The position numbers and the translations under genes are program-made. Positions 1-8,280 of a stretch of 14,216 nt of DNA are shown here, piece by piece; within the stretch, counting starts at the first letter, position 1; each line of letters begins with the position of its first letter. Source of the stretch: a virus (taxonomy: Duplodnaviria; Heunggongvirae; Uroviricota; Caudoviricetes). The notes beneath the pieces were generated by a model, which searched no databases, was not told the origin of the DNA, and saw only the letters and a program-made list of their open reading frames with translations. Where the stretch lies: the IMG/VR virus record IMGVR_UViG_2563366885_000002; one strand, given 5' to 3'.

Positions 1-1061
1 AGACGGTGCGATGCTACCTGTTGCTCATTACTGTAGATCCGTAGTTCATCATCCAGCGAGATCCGTATTGATACCGGCTGGCCACACAGGCTTTCCGGTA
101 CGCTGTAACGGTTCCCGCCAACCTCGATATAGCTATCCCAGGAGACATGACGGATATCGAAATAGCTGGTATCGAAGTCCGTACCCGGCAGCGGATGCAG
201 ATGCTCCTGTTCCTGCGTGAAGCGCTGTTCCGGTGTCTGCCTGAACTGGCGAAGTTCTCGCCTGTCAGCAACGTCAGCCATCCACTGCTCCAGTAGCTGG
301 TTAACATGGGCGAAGCTGTCGAACCGGCGGTACCGGATGAAGAAGTTTTCCTTGAGGTATTTCACCATCCGTTCAACCTTACCTTTGGTTCTGGCCCTTC
401 GTGGACGGCAGGCCCGTGGCAGGAAGCCATAGTGATCGGCCAGCAGCAGGAACCCGGAGTTGAACACCACCTTCCCGTTGTTATTTTTCAGCACTGCGGC
501 TTTCTGGTTATCGACCAGCACGGTTTTCACGCTACCGCCGAAGTAGCGAAAGGCGCGGACCAGTGACTCATAGGTATGTTCAGCATCCTGCTTTGGTGCC
601 GCGAAGACATGGAAGCGACGTGAGAACCCCAGCGTATTAACCGCGAAGTTAACCCTGCATCGTTGCCCGGCAACCTCAGCCTCAACTTCTCCCCAGTCAT
701 GCTGTAGCTGGTAACCGGGCTGAGTTTCGAAGCGAACCGTTTTCTTCGATGGCCGCATCTTACGTTTGGGCTGGATGTAGTAGCGCAACATGGAACGGCC
801 ACCGGTATAACCCATCGCTTTGATTTCCGCCAGGATGACCTCGCCGTTCCAGACGTTCTCAGCCAGACGCATATCTATATAGTCCATGAACGGCTTGAGT
901 TTGGCCATTTTGTGGCGTGTTTTTCTGGCCGGAGGTTCCGGGTATTTCAGGTACCGTCTGACGGTCCGCTCAGAGCAACCAACCTGAGTGGCAATATCAA
1001 CAATATACGCACCTTGCTGGCGCATTTGCTTTATCATGTAAAAATCCTCTCTGCTCAGCAT
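1..1061 (-). CDS. istA: IS21-family transposase IstA, N-terminal 353 codons; the C-terminus lies beyond the window start.
   Basis: Reverse-strand translation from ATG 1061-1059 (alternative ATG 1037-1035) reads MLSREDFYMIKQMRQQGAYIVDIATQVGCSERTVRRYLKYPEPPARKTRHK..., an HTH-like N-terminus. DDE-type catalytic residues sit in the contexts QLQHDWGE, VLVDNQK and RTKGKVER. The frame stays open to position 1, which is why it is absent from the ORF track (no stop in window). Recognised from memory as IS21/IS100-like IstA. Confidence 0.85.
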   Translation of the reverse strand, partial: MLSREDFYMIKQMRQQGAYIVDIATQVGCSERTVRRYLKYPEPPARKTRHKMAKLKPFMDYIDMRLAENVWNGEVILAEIKAMGYTGGRSMLRYYIQPKRKMRPSKKTVRFETQPGYQLQHDWGEVEAEVAGQRCRVNFAVNTLGFSRRFHVFAAPKQDAEHTYESLVRAFRYFGGSVKTVLVDNQKAAVLKNNNGKVVFNSGFLLLADHYGFLPRACRPRRARTKGKVERMVKYLKENFFIRYRRFDSFAHVNQLLEQWMADVADRRELRQFRQTPEQRFTQEQEHLHPLPGTDFDTSYFDIRHVSWDSYIEVGGNRYSVPESLCGQPVSIRISLDDELRIYSNEQQVASHR

Positions 1062-1162
1062 GAGTGTTCCCTTTGTGGTGTAGGAACCTTAAGGAAACAA
1101 CATGTTGGGTGGAGCGGACAATCCAAATGGTGAATTACTGTCTTATATCATTGGCGCTGACA
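1..1162 (-). mobile_element. IS21-family insertion sequence, partial: left end plus most of istA; the element continues beyond the window start. Phage-proximal boundary is approximate (about 1150-1165).
   Basis: The minus-strand frame encodes an IstA-type transposase (see CDS). About 100 bp of non-coding sequence separates the istA start (1061) from the first protein-like phage codons, the usual place for an IS21-family terminal repeat. Plus-strand CTGACA at 1157-1162 would give a 5'-TG tip on the element strand. The exact terminus cannot be fixed without a reference IS sequence. Confidence 0.7.
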
Positions 1163-1282
1163 GAAGTACGGGCCAGAGCGCAGCAGGCAGCCAGCAACGC
1201 CGAGAAAATTGCCCGTAAGGGGGGACTGTCAAGCGACGCAGTACAGGCGCTTCGTCGCGAGATTCTGGGGATTGCCACATGA
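1163..1282 (+). pseudogene. 3' remnant of the gene preceding the large terminase (probably the small terminase / DNA-packaging subunit), truncated by the IS insertion.
   Basis: The frame ends at TGA 1280-1282, overlapping the terminase ATG 1279-1281 (ATGA coupling, typical of small/large terminase pairs). Protein-like sequence (...ALTEVRARAQQAASNAEKIARKGGLSSDAVQALRREILGIAT) begins only near 1155-1165; upstream the same frame reads Trp/Cys-rich sequence that looks like IS-end DNA. Gene identity is inferred from position only. Confidence 0.45.
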
Positions 1283-2874
1283 CAAAATCATCCGGAGTGA
1301 TTTTAAACGCCGCTGGCGGTGGCCCCGAAGGGATGAGTCCCATGGACGGGAGGAATAACCTTGCTCCCGTTTTGCCTGATACCTCGGCGCTGGATGCTCC
1401 TCCCGTTCTGTTGCCTTACCAGCAGCGCTGGGTGGCAGACACCTCTCCGCTTAAGGTGATAGAAAAGAGCCGTCGTACCGGTATTACATGGGCTGAGGCA
1501 TCCGATAACGTACTGACCGCCGCCTCTTCTGCGCCAGCAGGCGGGATGAATGTGTATTACATCGCTTATAACCAGGACATGACCGTCGAATACATTCAGG
1601 CGTGTGCGATGTGGGCACGGGCATTCAACTATGCGGCCAGTGAAATTGAAGAAGGATTCTGGGAAGAGGACGACGACGACAAACACATCAGGACTTACAC
1701 CATCAAATTTCCTGACTCCGGCTTTCGTATTGTTGCGCTCTCCAGCCGCCCGTCTAACCTGCGTGGCCGTCAGGGTATTATTGTTATCGACGAAGCGGCG
1801 TTCCATGAGCAACTGGACGAACTGCTGAAAGCGGCGCTGGCGATGCTTATCTGGGGGGGAAAGGTACGCGTTATCTCCACCCATGACGGTGACGACAATC
1901 CGTTCAATACGCTTATCGGGGATATCCGTGCCGGACGTCAGGGAGGCAGCATACATCGCATCACTTTCCGGGAAGCCGTATCTGAGGGGCTGTTCCGGCG
2001 CGTCTGTCTGCGCACCGGGAAGGAATGGTCGGAGGCATCCGAGCAGGCCTGGATGGCATCGGTGTACAAATTCTACGGTGCCGGCGCATCCGAAGAGCTT
2101 GACTGTATTCCGGCCAACGGTGGCGGTGCCTGGCTGTCCCGTGCCCTGATAGAGTCCCGCATGTCCGCTGATACGCCGGTATTGCGTCTGACCTGCAAGG
2201 AAGGTTATGAACTGCTGTCTGATGAGGTTCGCTTCCGCGAGACGCAGGACTGGCTTGATGAGTATCTGAAACCCTTGCTGGAGGCACTCCCCACTGATGC
2301 CCGCTCTTTCCTGGGGCGCGACTTTGGCCGTAGCGGTGATTTGTCGGTGGACTATCCCCTGCTGCAGGAGAAGAACCTGGTACGACGCGTGCCATTCGTA
2401 CTGGAGCTGCGTAACGTGCCGTTCAGACAGCAGGAGCAAATCACCTGGTATCTGATGGATGGCCTGCCCGGTCTGCTGGGTGCAGCGTTTGATGCCCGTG
2501 GTAATGGTGCCTATCTGGCTGAATACGCCATGCAGCGCTACGGCTCCGGCCGGGTTCAGCAGGTGATGCCAACCGAAGGCTGGTACCGGGAGCATATGCC
2601 TCCGGTCAAAGCTGCACTGGAAGACGGTAACCTGGTGGACTTACCAAAGGATGAAGACACACTGGATGACCTGCGGGCCGTTCAGGTGGTGAACGGTGTC
2701 CCCCGCGTACCGGAGCAACGCTCAAAAGCAAAGGCTGACGGTGGTAAACGCCACGGGGATTCAGCCATCGCACTGGCGCTGGCGTATTTCGCCAGCCGTG
2801 AAATTAACAAAGGGCCGGTGAAGGCAAGCTCACGCCGTCGTCGTCAGGCGGCCCGTATGCTGGAGGGATTCTGA
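1279..2874 (+). CDS. Phage terminase large subunit (Mu gp28-type).
   Basis: 531-aa ORF. Deviant Walker A-like motif KSRRTGIT (compare the lambda gpA type) and Walker B-like IIVIDEAAF. Stop TGA 2872-2874 overlaps the next start. Position is at the head of a terminase-portal-F-G series. Confidence 0.88.
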   Translation: MTKSSGVILNAAGGGPEGMSPMDGRNNLAPVLPDTSALDAPPVLLPYQQRWVADTSPLKVIEKSRRTGITWAEASDNVLTAASSAPAGGMNVYYIAYNQDMTVEYIQACAMWARAFNYAASEIEEGFWEEDDDDKHIRTYTIKFPDSGFRIVALSSRPSNLRGRQGIIVIDEAAFHEQLDELLKAALAMLIWGGKVRVISTHDGDDNPFNTLIGDIRAGRQGGSIHRITFREAVSEGLFRRVCLRTGKEWSEASEQAWMASVYKFYGAGASEELDCIPANGGGAWLSRALIESRMSADTPVLRLTCKEGYELLSDEVRFRETQDWLDEYLKPLLEALPTDARSFLGRDFGRSGDLSVDYPLLQEKNLVRRVPFVLELRNVPFRQQEQITWYLMDGLPGLLGAAFDARGNGAYLAEYAMQRYGSGRVQQVMPTEGWYREHMPPVKAALEDGNLVDLPKDEDTLDDLRAVQVVNGVPRVPEQRSKAKADGGKRHGDSAIALALAYFASREINKGPVKASSRRRRQAARMLEGF

Positions 2875-4370
2875 TGGCGAGGGGTATCTGGGTTTCACCC
2901 GATGAATTTGTTGCTTTTTCTGAGCCTCAGAAATCACTGACCGCGCAGATTGCCTCCCGCAGCCGCGCGATCGACTTTTACGGACTGGGCATGTATCTGC
3001 CCAATCCTGATCCCATTCTCAAGGCTCAGGGACGGGATATCCGTATCTACCGCGAACTGCGCACCGACCCGCTGGTTGGGGGCTGTATCCGCAGACGTAA
3101 AGCAGCGCTCAAATCACTGGAGCGTGGACTGGAGCGCGGTCACGCTTCTGCCCGGGTCTTCCGTTTCATCCGCGACATGCTCGACGATCTGGATCTGTCC
3201 CGCATCATCGGTGAGATGAGTGATGCCGTGCTCTACGGGTATCAGCCCTGTGAAATCATGTGGGGCCGTTCGGTCAGGGCGTGGGCAGTGACGGATATTG
3301 TCGGCAAACCGCCTGAGTGGTTTCAGTTTGATACGGACAACTGCCTGCGCTTCCGGGCGCGTGATGCGGGTGTGGAGGGTGAGCTGCTGTCACCGTCAAA
3401 ATTCGTGGTGCCGGCACAGGATGCCTCGTATGACAATCCTTACGGTTTCCCGGACCTGTCCATGTGCTTCTGGCCGGTCGCCTTCAAGAAAGGCGGGATG
3501 AAATTCTGGCTCCGCTTTGCCGAAAAGTTTGGCTCCCCGTGGGTGATCGGTAAGCACCCGAGGGGTGCAAATGATGCAGAGATTGAAAAACTGCTGGACT
3601 CCATGGAGCAGATGGTGGAGGACGCGGTGGCCGCCATCCCCGATGACAGCAGCATCGAACTCAAAGCCGCGGATGGTAAGGCGGACAGCAGCGAGGTATT
3701 CCGCGAGCTGATCACACTGTCACGCAGTGAGATCTCCATTGCATTACTTGGTCAGAATCAGACCACGGAAGCGAACAGTAACAAGGCCTCTGCACAGGCC
3801 GGGCTGGAGGTAACGGCTGATATCCGCGATGCGGATGCGGACATAATTCAGGCAGCAGTGAATCAGGTTATCAGAACGGTGGTCACCCTGAACTTCGGCG
3901 ATGTGCCGTGTCCGGTCTGGGCCATGTGGGAACAGGAGACCATTGATGACACCCGCGCCACCCGCGACGAAAAACTCACCCGGGCGGGTCTGCGTCTGAC
4001 CCCGCAATACTTTAAGCGTGAGTACCAACTGCAGGACGGCGATATTGACGAGACATCACCGTCGGAACGCCAGAATAACATGCTGCCGCTGTCATTTGCC
4101 GAGGCGATTGATGCCGATATTCAGGCTCAGCAGCAGCTTGACGACGCGCTGGACATTCTGATGAACGGAGGTGTGTTAAATGGCACGCTGGAACCCGTCC
4201 TGGCACCTCTGTTTAAGCGGGTCGAAAACGGGGTTAACCCGACTGAGCTGCTGGGCGAACTGGCGGAGCTCTACCCTCAGATGAACACGGACGATCTGCA
4301 GGAACGGCTGGCCCGTATTCTCTTTGTGGCAAATATCTGGGGACGTCTGCATGAGCGTGACAACGGCTGA
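2874..4370 (+). CDS. Phage portal protein (Mu gp29-type, DUF935-like).
   Basis: 498-aa ORF directly coupled to the terminase (TGATG overlap at 2872-2876). Size and position between the large terminase and the F-like gene match the Mu-type head module. Family assignment is from memory and synteny, not a search. Confidence 0.8.
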   Translation: MARGIWVSPDEFVAFSEPQKSLTAQIASRSRAIDFYGLGMYLPNPDPILKAQGRDIRIYRELRTDPLVGGCIRRRKAALKSLERGLERGHASARVFRFIRDMLDDLDLSRIIGEMSDAVLYGYQPCEIMWGRSVRAWAVTDIVGKPPEWFQFDTDNCLRFRARDAGVEGELLSPSKFVVPAQDASYDNPYGFPDLSMCFWPVAFKKGGMKFWLRFAEKFGSPWVIGKHPRGANDAEIEKLLDSMEQMVEDAVAAIPDDSSIELKAADGKADSSEVFRELITLSRSEISIALLGQNQTTEANSNKASAQAGLEVTADIRDADADIIQAAVNQVIRTVVTLNFGDVPCPVWAMWEQETIDDTRATRDEKLTRAGLRLTPQYFKREYQLQDGDIDETSPSERQNNMLPLSFAEAIDADIQAQQQLDDALDILMNGGVLNGTLEPVLAPLFKRVENGVNPTELLGELAELYPQMNTDDLQERLARILFVANIWGRLHERDNG

Positions 4371-5172
4371 ACTGGCGTACTGCATGACGCTTCCCCCGAA
4401 GCGGGCAGTCAGTTACCTGAAGTCCAAAGGGTATCAGATTACCTGGGACTGGGAAGAAATGTGGCAGGAGGCCCATGCCCGCGCCTTTACCGTTGCTAAA
4501 GTGACCCGCCTGGATATCCTGGAAGATATTCGCGGGGCACTGCAGCAGGCTGTCGATGAAGGAAAAACCGATCGCTGGTTCCGGCAGGAGCTGGAGCCGG
4601 TGCTGAAGCGTAAGGGATGGTGGGGACCACGTGACACGACTGACCCGGTAACGGGTAAGCCGGTCACCATTCAGCAGGGCAGTCCGTGGCGGCTCGATAC
4701 CATCTTTCGCACCAATATGTCCGTACTCTACAGCGCCGGTCGTTGGGCGGAACAGATGGAAAACGTCGACGACAGGCCGTACTGGATGTATACCGGCATC
4801 AACGACAGCCATACCCGCAGGAGCCATCTGGCGCTGCATGGTCTGGTGCTGCGCTGGGATGACCCGTTCTGGCAGGCATTTTACCCGCCGAACGGCTGGC
4901 GCTGCCGCTGTAGTGTGATTGCCCTGAGTGCGGCGGATGTACGTGCCCGTGGCCTGAAGGTTATCAGCTCCGGCTCTGCCATGGGCCAGGAACTGAAACT
5001 GGTCTCAGAGAAAACCGGCGAAATGCGGAACGTGGCCACCTTTAATACCGGCACCACGAAGGTGACCACCGACGTCGGCTGGTCTTATGCACCGGGGGCA
5101 GCATACCGTCCCGACCTGGCCCGCTATCAGGGTACGCTTCAGCCACTGGCACAACAGGAACTGAGAGGATAA
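4351..5172 (+). CDS. Head morphogenesis / minor head protein (phage Mu F-like, gp30-type).
   Basis: About 273 aa from ATG 4351; the ORF track starts at TTG 4324 and another in-frame ATG is at 4384. It overlaps the portal 3' end by 20 nt. Conserved-looking block ...YWMYTGINDSHTRRSHLALHGLVLRWDDPFWQAFYPPNGWRCRC... resembles the Mu F / SPP1 gp7 family. It follows the portal as in Mu. Confidence 0.75.
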   Translation: MSVTTAELAYCMTLPPKRAVSYLKSKGYQITWDWEEMWQEAHARAFTVAKVTRLDILEDIRGALQQAVDEGKTDRWFRQELEPVLKRKGWWGPRDTTDPVTGKPVTIQQGSPWRLDTIFRTNMSVLYSAGRWAEQMENVDDRPYWMYTGINDSHTRRSHLALHGLVLRWDDPFWQAFYPPNGWRCRCSVIALSAADVRARGLKVISSGSAMGQELKLVSEKTGEMRNVATFNTGTTKVTTDVGWSYAPGAAYRPDLARYQGTLQPLAQQELRG

Positions 5173-5174
5173 CA

Positions 5175-5633
5175 ATGGCTTCCGATAACCTGGTCAGTAT
5201 CACCATTAACGATAAATCCCTGCGCCGGAGCCTCCGTGCGCTGGATCTTGCTGCCACAGACCTGGAGCCCGCGATGCGCAAAATCGCCGGAACCCTGCTG
5301 GCGGAAACACAGTTTAACTTTCTTGATGAGGGGCGTCCGGGGTGGATCCCCTCGCTGGCAGCGGAAGAACGTGACGGGCAGACACTGCAGGATACCGGGC
5401 GTCTGATGGGGTCAGTATCAACCGACCATGACGACCGGCAGGCTGTTGTGGGGACCAACGTTGTTTACGGTGCCATTCACCAGTTCGGGGGTAAAACGGG
5501 GCGTAATGAGTCTGTTGAACTTCCGGCCCGCCCGTTCCTGCCGGTGACGGGGGATGGAGAACTACAGCCTGAAGTGGTAATCCCCATCCTCGATACCATT
5601 GTCCGCCATCTTGAATCAGCGGCCCGTCGCTGA
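5175..5633 (+). CDS. Virion morphogenesis protein (phage Mu G-like, gp31-type).
   Basis: 152-aa ORF with a good Shine-Dalgarno (AGAGGA, 5163-5168) ahead of ATG 5175. Motif VVGTNVVYGAIHQFGG is typical of Mu G-like proteins. It follows the F-like gene as in Mu. Confidence 0.72.
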   Translation: MASDNLVSITINDKSLRRSLRALDLAATDLEPAMRKIAGTLLAETQFNFLDEGRPGWIPSLAAEERDGQTLQDTGRLMGSVSTDHDDRQAVVGTNVVYGAIHQFGGKTGRNESVELPARPFLPVTGDGELQPEVVIPILDTIVRHLESAARR

Positions 5634-5679
5634 GTTTTCTCTCTTCAGGCGGGTGATTTATCATTGCCAGCGAATGAGG

Positions 5680-5720
5680 GGCTGTATTACCTTTATAAAG
5701 GCTTTACAGCCTCTGTTTTA
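5680..5720 (+). terminator. Candidate hairpin / intrinsic terminator after the G-like gene.
   Basis: Extended imperfect palindrome GGCTGTA-ttac-CCTTTATAAAGG-ctt-TACAGCC (5680-5711), with a perfect 12-bp internal palindrome, followed by the T-rich stretch tctgtttta. It could alternatively be a protein-binding site. Confidence 0.35.
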
Positions 5721-5759
5721 TAACCGCCTCCGGTTCACCGCATTGCTTTCCCTGTCCTT

Positions 5760-5800
5760 CTCCCCTGATGTTTTCTAAAGCAGATTAAAATCGCCGGGCC
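5760..5800 (+). promoter_or_regulatory. Candidate activator-dependent late promoter upstream of the protease/scaffold gene (position equivalent to Mu P_I).
   Basis: TAAAAT at 5786-5791 is a good -10. The best -35 candidate is poor (cTGAtg around 5765-5770), as expected for a promoter that needs a C-type activator. It lies about 55 bp upstream of ATG 5848 in a 214-bp non-coding gap. Confidence 0.3.
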
Positions 5801-5847
5801 TGCATTTCTCACAAACTGTCTCCGACAACATAACGCGGGACAGCAAA

Positions 5848-6963
5848 ATGTCAGCCATTCACATTTTTAAAGCCGGTACTCATACCGATATGCACGGCAA
5901 AAAACTGCCGTTCACGCCAGACGATCTTGCCGCCTGCGTGAAAGCCTATGACCCGTCCGTCCATGAAGCACCACTCGTGATTGGTCATCCCAGAACGGAA
6001 GACCCGGCGTGGGGCTGGGTGAAAGCCCTGTCGCTCAGCGGCGTCGATCTGATGGCAGAGCCTGCCCAGCTGGACCCGCAGTTTGCTGAGATGGTCACCG
6101 ACGGACGATTCAAAAAAGTGTCCGCCTCTTTCTACCTCCCGGATTCACCGTCCAATCCGAAGCCCGGCGTGCTCTACCTTCGCCATGTGGGCTTTCTCGG
6201 GGCACAGCCACCTTCCGTCAAGGGGCTGAAACAGGTGTCCTTCAGTGAGCAGGAAGAAGGTGTGGTGGAGTTCGCCGACTGGCAGGCCATCACGAATGCC
6301 TCCCTGTGGGGAAAGCTGCGCGATTTTCTGATCGCCCGCTTCAGTCTGGACGAGGCAGAAAAAGTCCTGCCGGAATGGCAGCTCAACAGTCTGCGCGAAG
6401 AGGCGTACCGCGACACACTGTCGCAGGATGCAGCAGGTGCACAATTCAGTGAGACAGGCCCGGGGCCGTCTTCCGCAAGTAACGAGGAATCATCGATGAC
6501 AAAAGAAGAGATTGAAGCCCTTCAGGAGGAGAACCGCCGCCTGAAGCAGCAGGCTGCTGATCGCGATGCGCGTGATGCACAGGTCAGACAGGAGCAACTG
6601 CATAAGGACAATGTGGCCTTTGCAGAAAAACTGGTCGCAGAGGGCCGTCTGGCTCCCCGCGCCTCCTCCGTGGTGGTTGCCCTGCTGGATGCCGTCGCCG
6701 GTGGCGACAAGCCGGTGGAGTTTGCTGAGGGGGAAAGCCGCACACCGCTGGCCACCGCCTTTCGTTCATTGCTCTCCGACGGGGAGCCGGTGATGAATTT
6801 CGCCGAACAGGCCACAAAAGAGCGTGTCGGCGACACGGTGAAGGTGGATGTGGCAGAGTTTGCGGAAGCCGATCCTGAGCGTCTGGCCCTGCATCAGAAA
6901 GCAGTGGCCCTGTCCAAAAAAGAAGGCATCAGCTATGAGGCTGCTGTCGCACGCTGCCTGTAA
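5848..6963 (+). CDS. Prohead protease / scaffold protein (phage Mu I-like, gp32-type).
   Basis: 371-aa ORF, first gene after the intergenic gap and directly upstream of the major head gene. The C-terminal third is Glu/Ala/Arg-rich and helical-looking (EEIEALQEENRRLKQQAADRDARDAQVRQEQL...), consistent with a scaffold domain. Confidence 0.75.
   Translation: MSAIHIFKAGTHTDMHGKKLPFTPDDLAACVKAYDPSVHEAPLVIGHPRTEDPAWGWVKALSLSGVDLMAEPAQLDPQFAEMVTDGRFKKVSASFYLPDSPSNPKPGVLYLRHVGFLGAQPPSVKGLKQVSFSEQEEGVVEFADWQAITNASLWGKLRDFLIARFSLDEAEKVLPEWQLNSLREEAYRDTLSQDAAGAQFSETGPGPSSASNEESSMTKEEIEALQEENRRLKQQAADRDARDAQVRQEQLHKDNVAFAEKLVAEGRLAPRASSVVVALLDAVAGGDKPVEFAEGESRTPLATAFRSLLSDGEPVMNFAEQATKERVGDTVKVDVAEFAEADPERLALHQKAVALSKKEGISYEAAVARCL
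6496..6963 (+). CDS. Nested in-frame scaffold protein (Mu Z-like), an internal initiation product of the protease/scaffold gene.
   Basis: ATG 6496-6498 is in frame with 5848 and preceded by GAGGAA (6484-6489). The product would be MTKEEIEALQEENRRLKQQ... (155 aa), the coiled-coil-like C-terminal part. This mirrors the Mu I/Z arrangement recalled from the literature. Confidence 0.5.
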   Translation: MTKEEIEALQEENRRLKQQAADRDARDAQVRQEQLHKDNVAFAEKLVAEGRLAPRASSVVVALLDAVAGGDKPVEFAEGESRTPLATAFRSLLSDGEPVMNFAEQATKERVGDTVKVDVAEFAEADPERLALHQKAVALSKKEGISYEAAVARCL

Positions 6964-6977
6964 TTTAAGGAGAGAGC

Positions 6978-7931
6978 ATGTCTGATTACTTAAAAGGTAA
7001 ACGTGTCGTTGATCCGGTACTGACCAGTATCGCCCGTGGCTATAAAAATGCCGCATTCATCGGCGAACGTATTTTCCCCGTCGTGCTGACGGACAAGGAA
7101 GGCGTGCGTGTACCGACCTTCGGGAAAACCGCCTTTGTGGAATATGACACCGAGCGTGCCGTCGGGGCGGACAGCAATGTTCTGGTCCGTGAAAAAACAG
7201 GCACGCTGGACCTGGTGCTGGGTGAACACGATCTGGCTGCGCCGGTGGACTATCGCGAGCAGGCGGAGTCCATGTTTAACGAAGAGAGCAAGGCCATCCG
7301 TCGCGCCACGAATGGCGTGAACCTGCGCCGTGAACTTATCGCTGCCCGTCTGGCTCAGGATGAAAAGGTCTACCGTACCGGGCACGTCAAAAAACTGACA
7401 GCCAGTGATCGCTGGGCCGGTGGTAAGGGGGACCCCATCGGGGTGATTGAAGCCGGTATGGAAGCGGTCCGTACGGCCACGGGGCTGCGTCCTAACCTGA
7501 TGACCATGGGGGCCGGCGTGATGGCGCTGCTGAAGTTCCACCTGGCGATTCAGGCCGCCATCGGAGCCAACGAACGCAAGCGCATCACCACAGAAATCCT
7601 GCAGGACCTCTTTCAGATCGAAGAGATCGTCATCGGTGCCCCGGTCTCCCTGCCGTCCATGAAAGCGGCAATGGATAAGAACAGCGTGCCGGCGGATATC
7701 TGGGGAGACAATCTGATGCTGCACTATGTCGGCAAACCGCAGCCGGGGGCGGACAGCGCGGACGAGAACGAGCCGTCCTTCGGCTACACCCTGCGTCGTA
7801 AGGGGATGCCTGTTGCCGACAAATACGACGGAGCCGGTGGCAAGGTGAAGTACTGCCGTTATACCGATATCTACAAAGTCGCCGTGGTTGGTGGCGATGC
7901 CGGGTATCTCATTACCGGTATCAGTAAATAA
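6978..7931 (+). CDS. Major head (capsid) protein (phage Mu T-like, gp34-type).
   Basis: 317-aa ORF with a strong Shine-Dalgarno (AAGGAGA, 6967-6973). It sits immediately after the protease/scaffold gene; size and position fit a Mu-type major head subunit. Confidence 0.8.
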   Translation: MSDYLKGKRVVDPVLTSIARGYKNAAFIGERIFPVVLTDKEGVRVPTFGKTAFVEYDTERAVGADSNVLVREKTGTLDLVLGEHDLAAPVDYREQAESMFNEESKAIRRATNGVNLRRELIAARLAQDEKVYRTGHVKKLTASDRWAGGKGDPIGVIEAGMEAVRTATGLRPNLMTMGAGVMALLKFHLAIQAAIGANERKRITTEILQDLFQIEEIVIGAPVSLPSMKAAMDKNSVPADIWGDNLMLHYVGKPQPGADSADENEPSFGYTLRRKGMPVADKYDGAGGKVKYCRYTDIYKVAVVGGDAGYLITGISK

Positions 7932-7940
7932 GGAGGCGTT

Positions 7941-8279
7941 ATGGGAACCACTCAGCAGGTCATTCTGATCACAACCGTAACGGCAGGGGCAGCACTGGCA
8001 CAGCAGCGTTTTGTCGGGGCAGATAATACCCCCTGTAAAGCCGGTGCCGCAGCGCTCGGGGTTGCCGAAGTGGATGCTGTTACCGGCGACAGCACGCCGG
8101 TGAGCGTTCTGGGCATTATTGCTGTCGAGGCCGGGGCCGCTGTCAGCCGTGGTGTGGCTGTTCAGTCAGATGCTCAGGCCAGAGCCGTGCCGCAGTCCGG
8201 CGACGGTAAATCCTGTGGTATTGCACTTGATGAAGCCGGGGGTGAAGGCGACGTCATTCGTATCCTGCGCGGGGTGTGA
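7941..8279 (+). CDS. Small Ala/Gly/Val-rich head-associated protein (Mu gp35 position; possibly DUF2190-like).
   Basis: 112-aa ORF with a strong Shine-Dalgarno (AAGGAGG, 7930-7936) nine bases after the major head stop. Function is unknown; assignment is by position and composition only. Confidence 0.6.
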   Translation: MGTTQQVILITTVTAGAALAQQRFVGADNTPCKAGAAALGVAEVDAVTGDSTPVSVLGIIAVEAGAAVSRGVAVQSDAQARAVPQSGDGKSCGIALDEAGGEGDVIRILRGV

Positions 8280-8280
8280 C

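Noticed and set aside
11-802. Several plus- and minus-strand track ORFs (11..220 +, 14..307 -, 217..432 +, 306..566 +, 527..802 -) inside the IS.
   Set aside because: All overlap the long open IstA frame on the minus strand (1061 to window edge), which has clear transposase features. These are alternative-frame artefacts; 14..307 - is simply a different frame from the true istA frame.
1303-2595. 430-aa minus-strand ORF.
   Set aside because: Lies entirely antisense within the large terminase gene. The plus-strand frame carries recognisable Walker A/B-like ATPase motifs and fits the operon. Long antisense ORFs are expected by chance in GC-rich coding DNA.
4234-4839. 201-aa minus-strand ORF.
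   Set aside because: Antisense across the portal/F-like junction; Pro/Arg-rich shadow-ORF composition; no supporting signals.
6990-7724. 244-aa minus-strand ORF.
   Set aside because: Antisense to the major head gene, which has a strong Shine-Dalgarno and fits synteny; considered a shadow ORF.
8119-8280. Upstream extension of the gp36-like ORF to the track start at 8119.
   Set aside because: It would overlap the preceding gene by about 160 nt in another frame. ATG 8281 directly follows the upstream stop and gives a product of the expected size.
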